Below, one piece after another: positions 61,201-64,000 of a stretch of DNA of 64,000 bases. The notes under the pieces were generated by a model that was not told where the DNA came from, did no database searches, and saw only the letters and a program-made list of their open reading frames with translations. A program made the translations under genes and the position numbers. Source of the DNA: Felis catus (taxonomy: Eukaryota); assembly GCF_018350175.1 (NCBI RefSeq), contig NC_058368.1, positions 137,518,001-137,582,000 of the forward strand, written 5' to 3'. The stretch's first letter is position 1, and each line of letters starts with the position of its first letter.

Positions 61201-64000
61201 ACAGAATAGAAAAGAAAACAAGATCCATCTATATGCTGTTTACAAGAGACCCACTTTAGACCTAAAGACACCTTCAGATTGAAAATAAGGGGATGGAGAA
61301 CCATCTATCTTGCTAATGGTCAACAAAAGAAAGCTGGAGTAGCCATACTGATATCACACAATCTAGACTTTAAAATAAAGACTGTATCAAGAGATACATA
61401 AGGGCATTATATCATAATCAAGGGGTCTATCCACCAAGAAGACCTAATAATTGTGAACATTTATGTGCCAAATGTGGAAGCACCCAAATACATAAATCAG
61501 TTAATCACAAACATAAAGAAACTCATTGACAGTAATACCATAATAGTAGGAGACTTCTACACCCACTCACATTGGACAGATCATCTAATAAAAAAAATCA
61601 ACAAGGAAGCAATGGCTTTGAATAACACACTGACCACATGGACTTAACAGATAAATTCAGAATATTTTATCCTAAAGCAGCAGAATATATATTCTTCTCC
61701 AGTGCATGTGGAATGTTCTCCAGAATAGACCACATACTGGGACACAAATCAGCCCTCAGCAAGTACAAAAAGATCGAGATCATACTGTGCATATTTTCAG
61801 ACCACAATACTATGAAACTTGAAATCAACCACAAGAAAAAATTTGGAAAGATAACAAATACTTGGAGACTGAAGAACATCCTACTAAACAATGAATGGGC
61901 TAACCAAGAAGGTAAAGAGGAAATTAAAAAGCACATGGAAGCCAATGAAAATGATAACACCACAACCCAAAACCTCTGGGACACAGAAAGGCAGTCATAA
62001 GAGGAAAGTATATAGCAATCCAGGTCTTCCTAAAGAAGGAAGAAAGATCTCAGATACACAACCTAACCTTATGCCTTAAGGAGCTGGAAAAAGAACAGCA
62101 AATAAAACCCAAAGCCAGTAGAAGACAGGAAATAAGAAAGATTAGAGCAGAAATCAATGCTATTGAAACCGAAAAAACAGTAGAACAGATCAATGAAACC
62201 AGAAGCTGGTTCTTTGAAAGAATTAACAAAATTGATAAACCATTAGCCTGTTTAATCAAAAAGAAAAAGGAAAGGACCCAAATAAATGAAATCAAGAATG
62301 AAAGAGGAGAGATCACAACCAACACAGCAGAAATAAAAATAATAAGAGAATATTATGAACAATTATATGCCAATAAAATGGGCAATCTGAAAGAAATGGA
62401 TAAATTTCTAGAAACATATACACCACCAAAACTGAAACAGGAAGGAAGAAAATTTGAACAGACCCATAACCAGTAAGGAAATCAAATCAGTAATCAAAAA
62501 TCTGCCAAAAAATAAGAGTCCAGGACCAGATGGCTTTCCAGGGGAATTCTACCAAACATTTAAGGAAGAGTTAACACCTATTTGCTCGAAGCTGTTTCAA
62601 AAAATAGAAATGGGAGGAAAACTTTCAAACTCCTTCTATGAAACCAGCATTACCTTGATTCCAAAACCAGACAGAGACCCCACTGAAAAGGAGAACTATA
62701 GACCAATTTCCCTGATGAACATGGATGCAAAAATCCTCAAAAAGATATTAGCCAATCGGATCCAACAATACATTAAAAAAATTACCACGACCAAGTGGGA
62801 TTTATAACTGGGATGCAGGGCTGGTTCAATATCTGCAAAACAATTAACGTGATTCATTGCATCAATAAAAGAAAGGACAAGAACCATATGATCCTCTCAA
62901 TAGATGCAGAGAAAGCATTTGACAAAATACAGCATCCTTTCTTGATAAAAACCCTCAAGAAAGTAGGGATGGAGCATACCTGGAAATCATAAAAGCCATA
63001 TATGAAAGACCCAACGCAAATATCATCCTCAATGGGGTAAAACTAAGACCTTTCCCCCTAAGGTCAGGAACAAGACAGGGATGTCCACTCTCGCCACTGT
63101 TATTCAACATAGTATTGGAAGTCTTAGCCTCTGCAATCAGACAACACAAATAAAAGGCATCCAAATCGGCCAGGAGGAGGTCAAACTTTCACTTTTCGCA
63201 GATGACATGATACTCTATATGGAAAACCCTAAAGAGTCCACCAAAAAACTGCTAGAACTGATTCATGAATTCAGCAAAATTGCAGCATATAAAATCAATG
63301 CACACAAATCGGTTGCATTCCTATTCACCAACAATGAAGCAACAGAAAGAGAAATCAAGCAATTGATCCCATTTATAATTGCATCAAAACCCATAAAATA
63401 CCTAGGAATAAATCTAACCAAAGAGGTGAAAAATCTATACACTGAAAACTATAGAAAGCTTATGAAAGAAATTGAAGAAGACACAGAAAAATGGACAAAG
63501 ATTACATGCTCCTGGATAGGAAGAACAAATATTGTTAAAATGTCGATACTACCCAAAGCAGTCTACATATTCAACGCAATCCCTATGAAAGTAACACCAG
63601 CATTCTTCACAGAGCTAGAACAAATAATCCTAAAATTTGTATGGAACCAGAAAAGACCCCGAATAGCCAAAGCGATCTTGAAAAAGAAAACCAAAGTAGG
63701 AAGCATCATAATCCCAGACTTTAAGCTATACTACAAAGCTGTAATCATCAAGTCAGTATGGTACTGGCACAAGAACAGATACTCAGATCAATGGAACAGA
63801 ATAGATAACCCAGAAATAGACCCACAAACGTATGGCCAATTAATCTTTGACAAAGCAGGAAAGAAAGTCCAATGGAATAAAGACAGTCTCTTCAGCAAGT
63901 GGTGCTGGGAAAACTGGACAGCGACATACAGAAGAATTTACCTGGACCACTTTCTTACACCATACACAAAAATAAACTCAAAATGGATGAAAGACCTAAA
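58263..64000 (+). mobile_element. Felid L1 with intact 5' end, running off the window: CpG-rich 5'UTR, ORF1 from 60154, ORF2 from ATG 61123; both ORFs disrupted
   Basis: ccaagatgacgg start; ORF1 peptides (FRITIIRILAG, QPRILYPARLSF); ORF2 endonuclease and RT motifs ([27 protein letters not shown]); multiple frameshifts and stops. Confidence 0.95.
59857..60090 (+). mobile_element. Young felid CanSINE in the L1 5'UTR
   Basis: Perfect 16-bp TSD AATATTTTTAATTTTT (59841-59856, 60091-60106). Confidence 0.95.

Noticed and set aside
60154..64000. Retrotransposition-competent L1
   Set aside because: ORF1 and ORF2 are broken into many short frames by stops and frameshifts, and a SINE sits in the 5'UTR
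14020..64000. Inverted L1 homology (14020-14410 minus versus ~63600-64000 plus) as an RNA duplex
   Set aside because: The second copy lies beyond the FCHO2 poly(A) site about 49 kb away; this is ordinary dispersed-repeat similarity

Overview
Mammalian genomic DNA from a cat-family carnivore, judged by abundant felid-type CanSINEs and felid/carnivore-type L1. The + strand carries the 3' two-thirds of FCHO2, a clathrin/AP2 endocytic pioneer protein. I resolved 18 coding exons by hand (1246-54994). They splice in frame to encode the end of the F-BAR region, the disordered AP2-activating linker and the C-terminal mu-homology domain, ending ...ATGRYLADC*. A ~2.4-kb 3'UTR follows, with its poly(A) signal at 57373. 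Splicing features: a 276-nt minor-spliceosome AT-AC intron (17728-18003), a 12-nt microexon and two 25-nt exons. The introns hold about 30 CanSINEs, L1/L2/MIR relics, hAT and Tigger DNA transposons (two nested insertions) and a young CpG-rich antisense gammaretroviral solo LTR with a 4-bp TSD. A decayed L1 with an intact 5' end runs off the window end. The least-explained items are a ~105-nt hairpin-rich polyadenylated retrocopy resembling an isolated LTR R region (5569-5690), a 29-nt tailless SINE head with a perfect 16-bp TSD (49333-49361), a ~33-nt L1 3'-tip insertion, template-switch duplication scars and a SINE-orientation switch near 39.3 kb. No CRISPR, rRNA or true tRNA genes were seen. 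Repeat family names come from recalled consensus similarity, not database searches.
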